64,000 nucleotides of DNA from an uncultured Actinomycetes bacterium. GTDB lineage: Bacteria; Actinomycetota; Thermoleophilia; UBA2241. Location of the stretch: assembly GCA_963767005.1 (NCBI GenBank), contig CAVYCN010000010.1, forward strand, positions 32,001 to 96,000, given 5' to 3'. Of this stretch, positions 9,534 to 18,917 are shown one piece after another (position 1 is the stretch's first letter; every line of letters begins with the position of its first letter). The position numbers and the translations under genes are program-made. The notes under the pieces were generated by a model. That model worked only from the letters and a program-made list of their open reading frames with translations, had not been told where the DNA came from and searched no databases.

Positions 9534-10458
9534 GGGACGCGGCTGCGGCAAATCGATCCTGATCGGCGACCAGTTCGTGCTCGACGAGGTGCCGGCGATC
9601 GTGTCGGCGCTGCCGTACGAGACGGTGACGACGGTCGAGCGCGTCACGGGCGACGGCTGGGCGCTCCAGGACGACCGCATCGAGGTGCCGGGCTACAAGG
9701 AGCGCAAGCGCGAGCAGCAGGGCCGCTCCATCGACCGCATCCTCGACGTGATGGGCATCGACGCTCACGCGACGCCGCTGCGGATCAGGATCGGCGGCAC
9801 GCTGCTCGCCGGCAGCGGCGTGGGCGCGAGCGCGGCGTCGTGCGTGTCGCTGGCTCGCGCCGTCGACGCGGAGTTCGCGCTCGGTCTATCTACCTCTGAG
9901 ATCAACCGCGTCGCCTGGCAGGGCGAGTTCCCGTACCACGGCGTGGCCAGCGGCGTCGACAACACCGCCTCGACCTACGGCGGCCTGCTGCGCTTCTGGC
10001 TCGAGGGCCAGGAGCAGCACTTCGAGCGCGTCGCCTGCCCACGGCCCTTCGAGATCGTGCTCGCCAACAGCGGCGTCACCGTCAACACGGCAGCGCTCGA
10101 CCAGTTCATCGACGAGCAGAAGACGGGCGATCCCGCGCTCTTCGCCCGGCGCCTGGCCACCATCACCGCGCAGGTGGGCGAGATGAAGACGGCGCTCGAG
10201 GCCGGCGACCTGCCGACCGTCGGGCGCATCATGAGCGACAACCACAGCCTGCTGATCGACATGGGCATGTCGCACGAGACCGTCGACCACCTCTGCGCGA
10301 CGGCGCGCGAGAACGGCGCCCTCGGCGCGAAGGTCACCGGCGGCGGGCGGGGCGGCTACATGGTCTCGCTGACGCCCGGAGTCGAGCTCCAGGACAGGGT
10401 CGCCGGCGCCTTCGAGCGCGCGGGCTACAAGGTCATCCGCGCGACGATCGGCGGCTGA
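9526..10458 (+). CDS. Mevalonate-kinase-like GHMP kinase
   Basis: GKSILIG, GSGVGASAA ATP loop, YHGVASGVDN and GAKVTGGGRGG motifs; start overlaps the DHH stop (ATGGCTGA). Confidence 0.8.
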   Translation: MAEGRGCGKSILIGDQFVLDEVPAIVSALPYETVTTVERVTGDGWALQDDRIEVPGYKERKREQQGRSIDRILDVMGIDAHATPLRIRIGGTLLAGSGVGASAASCVSLARAVDAEFALGLSTSEINRVAWQGEFPYHGVASGVDNTASTYGGLLRFWLEGQEQHFERVACPRPFEIVLANSGVTVNTAALDQFIDEQKTGDPALFARRLATITAQVGEMKTALEAGDLPTVGRIMSDNHSLLIDMGMSHETVDHLCATARENGALGAKVTGGGRGGYMVSLTPGVELQDRVAGAFERAGYKVIRATIGG

Positions 10459-10463
10459 GGCCC

Positions 10464-10509
10464 GCTGGGCGAGGGCGGGGCCGGCGCGCCGGCCCCGCCC
10501 TCGCCCAGC
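10464..10509. terminator. 46-bp perfect palindrome, probable terminator hairpin
   Basis: GCTGGGCGAGGGCGGGGCCGGCG|CGCCGGCCCCGCCCTCGCCCAGC lies 5 nt after the kinase stop. Confidence 0.65.
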
Positions 10510-10652
10510 CGCTCGGCCCCTGCCGCGGCGCTGCGACCGCCCCGGGCGGCGGCGCGGCCGACGTTAGCCGGGGTCGCGTCGCGGGCAGGAGCGGGGGAGG
10601 TCGCGGGCCGGTCGGCGTTGAAGAACGCGGGCGAGGCGGCGGCCGCCGTGGA

Positions 10653-11948
10653 GTGAGCCGGTCCGCCGGGAACGGGCGCATCCGAGGAGTCGCGACCATC
10701 GCCACATCACCGCCGCTCGAGAACGCCTTGATCGGTCGGGTGCGGTGCCGCGCGCGGCTGTTCCCGAGTCAGTTCTGGCTGCTCGTCGCCGGTACCTTCG
10801 TGTTCCTGCTCGGCTACGAGATCGGCTACCCGTTCGAGACCGTCTACCTCCACACGCACCTGGGCGTCTCGATGACGGCGATCGGCCTGATCCTCGGCCT
10901 GCCGATCCTGGCCGGACTCCCCCTGCAGATCGTCGGCGGCGCCGTCGCTGATCGCTTCGGGCGCAAGGTCGTGCTCGTCACGGCGGTCTGCGCGGCGATC
11001 GTCCTGTTCGGCGGGCTGGCCGTCGCGACCGACGTGCGGCAGGCGGCGGCGATCATCGCGGTCGAGGCGATGTTCGGCTGGGCGATGTTCCTCACCGCCG
11101 ACAACTCGATGCTCGCCGACCTCACGCCGCCCGCCAGGCGTGGCGACGCGTACGGGATCAGCCGCACGGCGATGAACGCCGGCATGGTCGCCGGCCCGCT
11201 CGTGGCGGCGCTGCTGCTCGGCGCCGGCCTCGGCTACCGCGGCCTCTTCACCGTCGGCGCACTGGTCTGCTGCGTGTTCCTGGCGCTCGCCCTTGCCTTT
11301 CTCAGGGACTCGCGTCCCGCCGACTCCGGCCTGCGGCCGGAGGGCTCGTCGCCGACCGACACGACGCTTGCCGGCTACCGCGTCGTCTTCGGCGATCGCC
11401 GTTTCGTGACGTTCTGCGCGGTCGCCCTGCTGCCGCTCTACGGCTTCGGCCAGATCTACGTCACGCTGCCCATCCTGCTGCACACGAGCGTCGGCGTCAC
11501 CTCGGCGCAGTGGGGCCTGCTCGCGGCGCTCTACGCGGGCTGCGGCGTGCTCTGCCAGTATCCGGTCGTGCGGCGCACGCGACGGCTCGACAAGCTGCGC
11601 GTGCTCGCGCTCGCCAGCGTCTGTATCGGCGTGGGCATGAGCGGCGCGGCGTTCGCGCCCCGCGGGGTCGGTACCGCCGTGTGCGTCGTGCTCGTGAGCG
11701 CCGGCTCGATGCTGCTCGTGCCGATCGCCGCGGCCTTCGTCTCGCAGATGGCGCCCGTCGAGCTGCGCGGCCGCTACATGGGTGCCTGGACGCTCGTGTG
11801 GGAGGGCGGCGCGGCGCTCGCGCCGATCTTCGGCGGCCTGCTGCTGGACCATCTCGGCAGAGCCTCGTACCTCGTGCTGCTCGCCGTCTGCCTGCTCGGC
11901 GCGGCGCTGTTCGGGACACTGCGGGTCCGCTGGCCGGCCGCTGACTGA
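10653..11948 (+). CDS. MFS transporter (12 TM); start uncertain
   Basis: GAVADRFGRK motif A, ADLTPPARRGDAYG and APVELRGRYMG. Confidence 0.85.
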   Translation: MSRSAGNGRIRGVATIATSPPLENALIGRVRCRARLFPSQFWLLVAGTFVFLLGYEIGYPFETVYLHTHLGVSMTAIGLILGLPILAGLPLQIVGGAVADRFGRKVVLVTAVCAAIVLFGGLAVATDVRQAAAIIAVEAMFGWAMFLTADNSMLADLTPPARRGDAYGISRTAMNAGMVAGPLVAALLLGAGLGYRGLFTVGALVCCVFLALALAFLRDSRPADSGLRPEGSSPTDTTLAGYRVVFGDRRFVTFCAVALLPLYGFGQIYVTLPILLHTSVGVTSAQWGLLAALYAGCGVLCQYPVVRRTRRLDKLRVLALASVCIGVGMSGAAFAPRGVGTAVCVVLVSAGSMLLVPIAAAFVSQMAPVELRGRYMGAWTLVWEGGAALAPIFGGLLLDHLGRASYLVLLAVCLLGAALFGTLRVRWPAAD

Positions 11949-12207
11949 GGGGGGCGTGCGCCCGCTCGCGGGGAGCTCGGGGAGCGCCGCTCGGCCGGCC
12001 CCGTGCGACGTATACTCTGCCGGTCCGCCAGCCGATCGCACCATCTGGCCGCAGGACCGATACGTTCGCCCCACCGGCGGTGTCCAAAGGGTCGTGGAGC
12101 TCGTGTGGACAGGGACGCCGACGGTCGGGGCCGCGCTCGTCGAGGCCGACGGCGCCGGGACCGCGGTCGGCGCATCGGGGCGGGGCAGGGGGGCACGCAG
12201 GGTGGAC

Positions 12208-12795
12208 ATGGGGACCGAGGTCGATCCGCTGGTCGTGCGCGCCGCGGCGCGCGGCGACCAGCGTGCCTTCGCCGACATCGTCGAGCTGTACGACGACCGC
12301 CTGCGCGCGCTCGCCTATCATCTGCTGCGCGACGCCGAGGCGACGCGCGACGCCCTGCAGGACGCTTACGTCAAGGCGTATCTGGGCCTGCCGTCGTTTC
12401 GTGGCGAGTCCGGTCTCGGGACCTGGCTCTACCGGATCGTCTACACGACCTGCCTGAACCATCTGCGCAGCGCCGCCCGGCGGCCGCGGCCGGTCGAGCA
12501 GGACGATGACCGGTCGCGGCCGCCGGGCGCGGCGCATCGCGATCACGCCGACGAGGTCCAGGCGGCGCTGGATCTGGCGACGCTGCTGCTTGCCCTGCCG
12601 GTCGAGCAGCGCGCCGCCGTCGTCCTGGTCGACGCCCAGGGTCTCGGCTACGCGCGGACGGCCGCGATCCTGGGCGTGCCGGTGGGAACCGTGGCGTCAC
12701 GGGTGGCCGGGGCGCGCACCAAGCTGCGGGCGGCCCTGTCGGCGGACCGCGAGCAGTCTCGGGCGGGTTCGACGGTCGGGAGGCGAGAGGGATGA
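12208..12795 (+). CDS. ECF sigma-70 factor
   Basis: GDQRAFADIV, DALQDAYVKAY, TWLYRIVYT (region 2); LPVEQRAAVVLVD and LGVPVGTVASR (region 4). Confidence 0.9.
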   Translation: MGTEVDPLVVRAAARGDQRAFADIVELYDDRLRALAYHLLRDAEATRDALQDAYVKAYLGLPSFRGESGLGTWLYRIVYTTCLNHLRSAARRPRPVEQDDDRSRPPGAAHRDHADEVQAALDLATLLLALPVEQRAAVVLVDAQGLGYARTAAILGVPVGTVASRVAGARTKLRAALSADREQSRAGSTVGRREG

Positions 12796-14117
12796 GCGAT
12801 CGGAGTGATCGCCACATCGGCGCCGGCGGCGCAGCCGCCGGCGAGGACCGTGACCTGCGGTTGGCGGCGGCGATCGACGACGTGCCGGTGCCGCCCCGTG
12901 ACGACGCGTTCGTCGACGACCTGCTCCGCCGGCTCGAGCACGCCACCGCTCCGGAGCTCAAGCCGCGCGCGTGGCGACCCTTTGCAGGTCGTGGCGCGCG
13001 TCCGCGCCTGTCCGTGGTAGTGGCCGCGGTCGCGGCGGCCGTCGTCGTCGGCGGCGGCGTCGTCTACGGGGCGACCGTCCTGCTCAGGCCGTCGCCTTCG
13101 TTCCGCCAGACCGCCTCCGGATGGCGGCAGGTGCCGCTGAACGCGGCCTGGAGGGCGGCCCTGTCGCGGCGCCTGCCGCTGTCGCGGCACGCGTCGCTCA
13201 CGCCGCTCGCGCTGGCCCACGATGGCCGCAGCTTCTTCGCGGCGATGGACGCGAAGCACTACTCCGGCGTGGTCCGGATCGACGCGGAGAGCGGCCGCGT
13301 GCTGCATATCGCGCGTTTCGCCCATCCGCGCGTCGACCAGGCGAGCGACGGCGCGTTCGACGGACGCTGGCTCGTGTGGGGTGAATCGACGACGCTCCAG
13401 GACCCGAGCGTCTCGAGCGCCTGGTCGTGGGACGCTCGCACGCGACGCCTTCGCAGGCTGCCCGTCGCGTACAGCCGCACAGGCGCGCGCTCGTCGTCTG
13501 AGCCCATCCTCCTGCGGGGTCGCGTCACCTGGACAACGCCCACGGGTCCCCGCGGCGCGAGCGCGGTCCACGTCTTCGATCTGGCGACCGGGCGCGACCG
13601 CGTCGTGTATCGCGGCCGCGCGGACGGCTCGCTGCTGGTCGACGGCGGCCTCGTGCTGTGGTATCGGGCGACGGGTGCGGGCCTGCGCGTGAGCGGCGCG
13701 GCGTCGGTGGCGACGGGAGCGGCCGCGGCCGTGCCCGCCGCCTTCGCCGGCCGGACTCTCGCCGGGCTGTCGACCGACGGCCGGACGGTGGTCCGCACCG
13801 ACATGCACGCGACGTCGCTGTGGTGGTCGGGGTCGCTCCACACGGTTCCGCGCCGCCTGTTCACCGTGGTCACGAACGCGGCGATCGACGACTCCATCCA
13901 GGTCGCCGGCCCGCTCATCTCGTTCGCGGTGGCTCCCCGTGCCTACCTCGCCGACACGAGGCTGCGCCGCTACGTCGAGATCAGCGCGGGCGGCTGGGCG
14001 CTGCTCGACGACGACAGCATGGTGCTGCTCGAGGCGTCGCAGAACAAGCTGGACTCGCGGTACGACGTGGTCTTCGTGCGGCTGTCGTCGCTGCCGCCGC
14101 TCGCGGCGCAGCAGTAG
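12792..14117 (+). CDS. Putative single-TM anti-sigma factor with extracytoplasmic beta-rich domain
   Basis: ATGA overlap with the sigma gene; short N-terminal part, one hydrophobic helix, long C-terminal region. Confidence 0.6.
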   Translation: MSDRSDRHIGAGGAAAGEDRDLRLAAAIDDVPVPPRDDAFVDDLLRRLEHATAPELKPRAWRPFAGRGARPRLSVVVAAVAAAVVVGGGVVYGATVLLRPSPSFRQTASGWRQVPLNAAWRAALSRRLPLSRHASLTPLALAHDGRSFFAAMDAKHYSGVVRIDAESGRVLHIARFAHPRVDQASDGAFDGRWLVWGESTTLQDPSVSSAWSWDARTRRLRRLPVAYSRTGARSSSEPILLRGRVTWTTPTGPRGASAVHVFDLATGRDRVVYRGRADGSLLVDGGLVLWYRATGAGLRVSGAASVATGAAAAVPAAFAGRTLAGLSTDGRTVVRTDMHATSLWWSGSLHTVPRRLFTVVTNAAIDDSIQVAGPLISFAVAPRAYLADTRLRRYVEISAGGWALLDDDSMVLLEASQNKLDSRYDVVFVRLSSLPPLAAQQ

Positions 14118-14217
14118 CCGTCGCCGGGCGGGCGACGCCAGGCGGGGTCGGCCTGCCCGCAGGCGCGGCCCGCGCCCGCAGCGCCCGCAGCCGCCGGGAC
14201 CGCCCGCGCGCCTCGGC

Positions 14218-15336
14218 TCAGTACGCGTGGATGCGGTCGGGCGGCCAGAACGACAGGAGCGCCCGGCCGATGATGGCGCTGCGCGGCGCGATGCCCCAGT
14301 ACAGGCTGCCGGTCGAGCCCCTGCGGTTCTCGCCGAGCACGAGGTAGCGGCCGGCGGGCACGCGGTAGGGGCGGTCGAGCGTCCGGGATGCAGCGGCGTC
14401 GCCGGACGCGAACGGGTCGGCCGGCAGCGTGGGCTCGACGACCCCGTGGACCGGGTCGGCGATCGCGACGTCGGCCGGGGCGCCGTTCACGTACACGCGG
14501 CCGGCGCGCAGCGACAGCACGTCGCCCGGCACGCCGACGACCCGGCCGATCAGCACGTCGGAGGGCACCACGGGGCGGCGGAACACGACGATGTCGCCCC
14601 GCTCGACGGGCCGCAGGCGGTAGATCAGGCGGTCGACGAGCACACGCTGGCCGCGCACGAGCGTCGAGGCCATCGAGCTCGACGGCACGACGTAGGGCCT
14701 GAGCACGAACGCCTGCGCCGCATACAGGCCGGCCACCACGACGACGGCCGCTAGGGCGAGCTCGAGCGCGACGCGACGGAGGCTCCGGCGGGCGCGCGAG
14801 CGGCCCGCGCCACGCGATGAGGAGCGAGCGACGGCCGTCCTGCGGGCGTGGCGCGGCCGGCGGCCGGCCGCCACGGCGGTGCCGGCGGTGGCCGGCGGGG
14901 CCGCTGCCGGCATCGCCGTGGCGAGCTCGTCGAGGACCCGGCCCGCGTCCGAGAGCAGGCCGGAGACGGCCTCGCGCAGCGCGCTCGCGGAGGTCTCGGG
15001 GTCGGCGCTGAGGGCGGCCGTCGCGACGAAGTCGCCGGGCGAGCCGAGCCGCGCGCCCGGTCGGGGCGGCGCGCCGTCAACCCAGTATGAGAGCTCGTAG
15101 CGTCTGGTCGTCGGCGTCTCGGCGCTGGCTCCCTCGTCACGCCACTGCAGCACGCACGACCAGCGGTCGTACGAGAGCGGCACGCGGACCTGCGTCGTCA
15201 GGGCGGCCGCGAAGCGCCCGGCGTCGGTCCCGGGGCGGGCGAGCTCGCCGGGGCCGTCGAGCCAGCGCCAGCGCGTCGTCGACTCGGGCGTCACGTCGAC
15301 GCCCTCATCCTCGCTCGTTGTGATCGTCCGGCTCAC
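14218..15336 (-). CDS. Signal peptidase I (S26) homolog, probably inactive, with N-terminal extension
   Basis: TM helix, then PYVVPSSSMASTL (box B), RGDIVVF (box C), LIGRVVGVPGD (box D with Lys replaced by Gly) and GENRRGSTGSLYWG (degenerate box E). Confidence 0.8.
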   Translation of the reverse strand: MSRTITTSEDEGVDVTPESTTRWRWLDGPGELARPGTDAGRFAAALTTQVRVPLSYDRWSCVLQWRDEGASAETPTTRRYELSYWVDGAPPRPGARLGSPGDFVATAALSADPETSASALREAVSGLLSDAGRVLDELATAMPAAAPPATAGTAVAAGRRPRHARRTAVARSSSRGAGRSRARRSLRRVALELALAAVVVVAGLYAAQAFVLRPYVVPSSSMASTLVRGQRVLVDRLIYRLRPVERGDIVVFRRPVVPSDVLIGRVVGVPGDVLSLRAGRVYVNGAPADVAIADPVHGVVEPTLPADPFASGDAAASRTLDRPYRVPAGRYLVLGENRRGSTGSLYWGIAPRSAIIGRALLSFWPPDRIHAY

Positions 15337-15346
15337 ACGGCCTCCG

Positions 15347-17152
15347 TCAGCCCCGCACGGCTCGCGTCGACGACGCCAGGGCGAGCATCGTCGCGTTCGG
15401 CAGCTCGTCGTCGAGCGTGTTTGCTACCCAGTACGTGACGTTTCCTACCGACCAGGCCACGAGATGCAGGTGGGCGCCGTCGTAGGAGAGCCGGTAGGTG
15501 CGGCCGCCGACCCTCCTGGTCGCGTCGGGGCTGGAGAGGATCGGGGGATCGCTCCACTCGAGCGCCTGGATGTCCCAGTAGCCGCCCTGGGGCGTCGTGC
15601 CGACGGCGACGGCGGCCGCCACGCTGTGCCCGTCGACCTTCAGGCGGTAGCTGCGGAACTGGTCGTAGCCCAGGCCGGACGACCATACGGACGGTACGAA
15701 GAGCGCGATGCTCGTGTGCGCCTGCAGGGTGCGCCACTGGGTCAGGTCGTAGGTGGTGTGCTCGAGCGTCGATGTCTGGGAGGTCTGCCCCGTGGTCGCG
15801 CTCGTCGCCCCCAGCCGGCCGGCGAACGATGAGCCGATCACGACGGTGACGCGGCCGGCCGCGGCCGCCGACGAGGCGCCCTCGACCGTGACCTGGGCCG
15901 GCGCGAGCAGGCTCGCCAGGCGCCGGGCCACCGACGCGGCGGCCGGCCGGGCCGTGACCGTCGTGGTCGTGTGGCCGAACCCGGCGGCATTGCCGCCGAC
16001 CGTCGCGGTAAAGCCCGCGCCGCGCAGCTCGCCGGCGACCGTGGCCGCCTCGCCGGTCGCGCCCGAGCCGTTCAGGACCGTGATACGCACGCTCGCGGCG
16101 GGCAGCTGGGCGACGCTCGAGGTGGCCGCCGACCCGCTGCCGGTCGGCGGCGCGACGGGGTGCAGGAACTGCTGCACGGCCGTCTGGACCTGCTGCTGCG
16201 TCGCGACCACGTACGACACGCCGCCGATCATCGGCGTCGAGCCGTCGATGTGGGTCTGGTAGACACGGTTGGAGTGCAGGCGGAGCGCGAGACTGAGCAG
16301 GCCGGCGATCCGGCTCAGGCTCGAGATGTCGGAGACGGCGTAGTGCGACATGATCGCGGCCACCGCGAGCAGGCGGGGGAAGCTGGTGAGCGAGGCCGAC
16401 CGGGTGAGCTGGCGCTTCATCTCGCGCAGGAACATCTGCTGGCGTACGACACGCGTGAAGTCGCCGTTCTGGTCGTGGCGGAACCGCACGAACTCGAGGG
16501 CCTGCGCGCCGTCGAGGAGCTGGTAGCCGGGCTCCAGGTCGATGGACGACCAGCCCGTCACCGCAGTGTCGTTGTAGTAGCGCCGGTCGACCATCATGTA
16601 GGCGCCGCCGAGCCGGTCGACGACCTTGCGGAAGCCGTCGAAGTTCAGGTCGATGAAGTCGTTGATGGGGATGCCGAGCACCTGCTTGACGGTCTGCACC
16701 GTGAGCTTCGCGCCGCCGTACGAGTAGGCGGCGTTGATCTTGTTCAGGCCGTAGCCCGGGATGTCGACCTGCAGGTCGCGCGGGACCGAGAGCATCGAGA
16801 TGCTGCCGGTCTCGGGGTCGAGGCGCACGACCATGAGCGTGTCGGAACGGGCTCCGAGGTCGGGCTGACCCACGCGGCGGTCGCTGCCGATGATCAGGAT
16901 GTCGACCGGCTGCGACGGCTGCGCCACCGTGAGTTGCTTGCTGGCCGCTTTTACCTCGGCGGGGTCGTTGCGCGCCACCTGGGCGGCCGTGCGCTGCAGC
17001 CACGCCGACAGGACGCCCGCGGTGAAGCAGGCACACACGACGAGAGCCAGCACCGACAGCTTCAGGACCTGCAGCCAGCGCGGCCGGCGGGGCGCTCGCA
17101 GCGGCCCCGCCGTGTAGCGGGAGTACGTCGGCCTTTCCAGGGTCGGCTCCAT
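15347..17152 (-). CDS. LCP (LytR-CpsA-Psr) glycopolymer transferase with LytR_C domain
   Basis: ILIIGSD, RSDTLM, SVPRDL, KINAAY, FVRFRH and DFTRVVRQQ motifs; VLNGSG...GNA in the LytR_C region. Confidence 0.92.
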   Translation of the reverse strand: MEPTLERPTYSRYTAGPLRAPRRPRWLQVLKLSVLALVVCACFTAGVLSAWLQRTAAQVARNDPAEVKAASKQLTVAQPSQPVDILIIGSDRRVGQPDLGARSDTLMVVRLDPETGSISMLSVPRDLQVDIPGYGLNKINAAYSYGGAKLTVQTVKQVLGIPINDFIDLNFDGFRKVVDRLGGAYMMVDRRYYNDTAVTGWSSIDLEPGYQLLDGAQALEFVRFRHDQNGDFTRVVRQQMFLREMKRQLTRSASLTSFPRLLAVAAIMSHYAVSDISSLSRIAGLLSLALRLHSNRVYQTHIDGSTPMIGGVSYVVATQQQVQTAVQQFLHPVAPPTGSGSAATSSVAQLPAASVRITVLNGSGATGEAATVAGELRGAGFTATVGGNAAGFGHTTTTVTARPAAASVARRLASLLAPAQVTVEGASSAAAAGRVTVVIGSSFAGRLGATSATTGQTSQTSTLEHTTYDLTQWRTLQAHTSIALFVPSVWSSGLGYDQFRSYRLKVDGHSVAAAVAVGTTPQGGYWDIQALEWSDPPILSSPDATRRVGGRTYRLSYDGAHLHLVAWSVGNVTYWVANTLDDELPNATMLALASSTRAVRG

Positions 17153-17207
17153 CCGGTCGGGGTTCGCTCTTGAGGGTACCAGCCTCGGACGGGGGCGCCT
17201 GCGACAG

Positions 17208-17222
17208 TTAACACACCTTAAC
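17208..17222. promoter_or_regulatory. TTAAC-N5-TTAAC direct repeat upstream of the LCP gene
   Basis: AT-rich repeat with 10-bp period in GC-rich DNA, upstream of a candidate -10 (TACCCT, minus strand). Confidence 0.35.
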
Positions 17223-17311
17223 GAACGGCACGCCCCTCAGCCGGCCGGCCGTCGGGCAGGTGGCGCCGCGGAGTCTCTGCAGCTCGCGCCCCAGAGCGGG
17301 CCGTGCTCGTC

Positions 17312-18466
17312 CTACGTCTCGGCCCGTGCCGTCTTGGGGCGCTCGGCGCCATGGCGCAACGCCACCCGGCGGCTGTGCAGGCGCAGATCGGCGAGCGACA
17401 GGTCCTGAAGACTGAGCGAGACGAGGCCGGCGACGACCGCGACGACGACCTGCAGGGCCTGCAAGCCGAGCCCGTAGGCCACGGCGGGGCCGGCCGCCAC
17501 GCCCGCGGCCGCGAGCGCGGCCACCGTGGCGGCCTGGAAGGTGCCCAGGTTGCCCGGCGTCGCCGGCACGAGGCCGATCAGGTTGGTGAGCACGAGCACA
17601 AGGCCGGCGCCGCGCAGGCCGGCGCCGCCCAGGTGGAAGGCCTGCAACGCCGCCCGGGCGGCCGCGAGCTGCACGACCCAGGCACCCGCCTGGGTCGCGG
17701 CGACCAGCGCCGCCGACCAGGGCCGGCCCATGATGCGCTGGCTGTCGACGAGGGCCGGCCATTGGGCGCGGAATGCCGCCCAGCGGCCGCCACCGGCGCT
17801 TCCCGCCGCATCCACGGCCGCATCGACGCCGTCTCCGCGCGTGCGCACGAGCCGCCGCCGCCGCTCCAGCAAGACGCCTCCGGTGAGGAACGTCGCCGCG
17901 AACGCGGCACAGGCGATGAGCACCTCGACGGCCCAGGCGGGCGCGGCGATGGTCGAGACGAAGAGCAGCGCCAGGGCGACGAACGACGCGATCGCGAAGA
18001 GGCGCTCGGTGAGAGCCATGCCCAGCACCGTCGCGAAAGGCACGGCGGCGCGGCGGCGTCGTTGCAGCACGAAGAGCGTGTACGGCGCGAGCACGGTGCC
18101 CACGCGCACGGGCGCTACGGCGTTCGCGAGCAGCCCGATGCTGGTCGCCGAGAAGACGTCGCCCAAGCGGGCGCGGCCCGCGCCGAAGGCGTCGACGATC
18201 ACTTTGAGGGCGTAGCTGCGCAGCAGGAGCGAGACGACCATGAGCCCGAGGGCCACGCCGAGCCAGGGCAGGTCGGCGTGCAGCAGGGAGCTGCCGGTGC
18301 GCTCGAGGTCGGCGCGCGCGAGCAGGAGCGCGACGAACGCGGTCGCCGTCACACAGACGAGCCGCCAGCGCCGCGCGATGGGCACGACCAGGCGACCCAG
18401 GCTCCCGGCGCTCCCCGGGCGTGCCTGCGTGTGCAGGGTCGGTTGTCTGTCGTCGCTGTGGTCCAT
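17312..18466 (-). CDS. Lysylphosphatidylglycerol synthase TM-domain (flippase-like) membrane protein
   Basis: Multi-TM; GLLANAVAPVRVG, TERLF and PATPGNLGTFQ motifs; start placed at MDHSDD. Confidence 0.75.
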   Translation of the reverse strand: MDHSDDRQPTLHTQARPGSAGSLGRLVVPIARRWRLVCVTATAFVALLLARADLERTGSSLLHADLPWLGVALGLMVVSLLLRSYALKVIVDAFGAGRARLGDVFSATSIGLLANAVAPVRVGTVLAPYTLFVLQRRRRAAVPFATVLGMALTERLFAIASFVALALLFVSTIAAPAWAVEVLIACAAFAATFLTGGVLLERRRRLVRTRGDGVDAAVDAAGSAGGGRWAAFRAQWPALVDSQRIMGRPWSAALVAATQAGAWVVQLAAARAALQAFHLGGAGLRGAGLVLVLTNLIGLVPATPGNLGTFQAATVAALAAAGVAAGPAVAYGLGLQALQVVVAVVAGLVSLSLQDLSLADLRLHSRRVALRHGAERPKTARAET

Positions 18467-18758
18467 GGGGGTCGCAGACCGCCGTGGAGCCGCCACCCGA
18501 GCCGCTCGCACGACAGAGAGAGTATGGACGGACGGTCCGCCTGCGAGAAGGACAGCACTATGGGCCGGCAGATGGCGCGCAGCCTGCGTGTGGCGAGATC
18601 CGTACGGTGCACTTCGGTTTGACCTGCGACGCTGCGGCCGGTAGTGTGCCGGGCGTTTGCAAGCCAGGCAACGCCCGAACCGACCAGCACGACACGGCGC
18701 GCTACATGACGGCGCCCACCCCAAGGAGGTCCGTCGGACCTCCGAAAGGAGGCAGGTC

Positions 18759-18917
18759 ATGCACCGTTCACGATCGGCACCGGACCACCGCCGCCAGATC
18801 CCCCTTCAGAGCCCGCTGAGCCGGCGCTGTCAGCCGCCGGGCCACGACGCTGCCCCCGCTGTCGGGGCGCCGCCGCGGTCCCGCCCGGTGACCGTCGCGG
18901 CGCAGGCCGCTCGCTAG
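18759..18917 (+). CDS. Possible 52-aa small ORF
   Basis: AAAGGAGG 6 nt before the ATG; no recognisable domain. Confidence 0.25.
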   Translation: MHRSRSAPDHRRQIPLQSPLSRRCQPPGHDAAPAVGAPPRSRPVTVAAQAAR

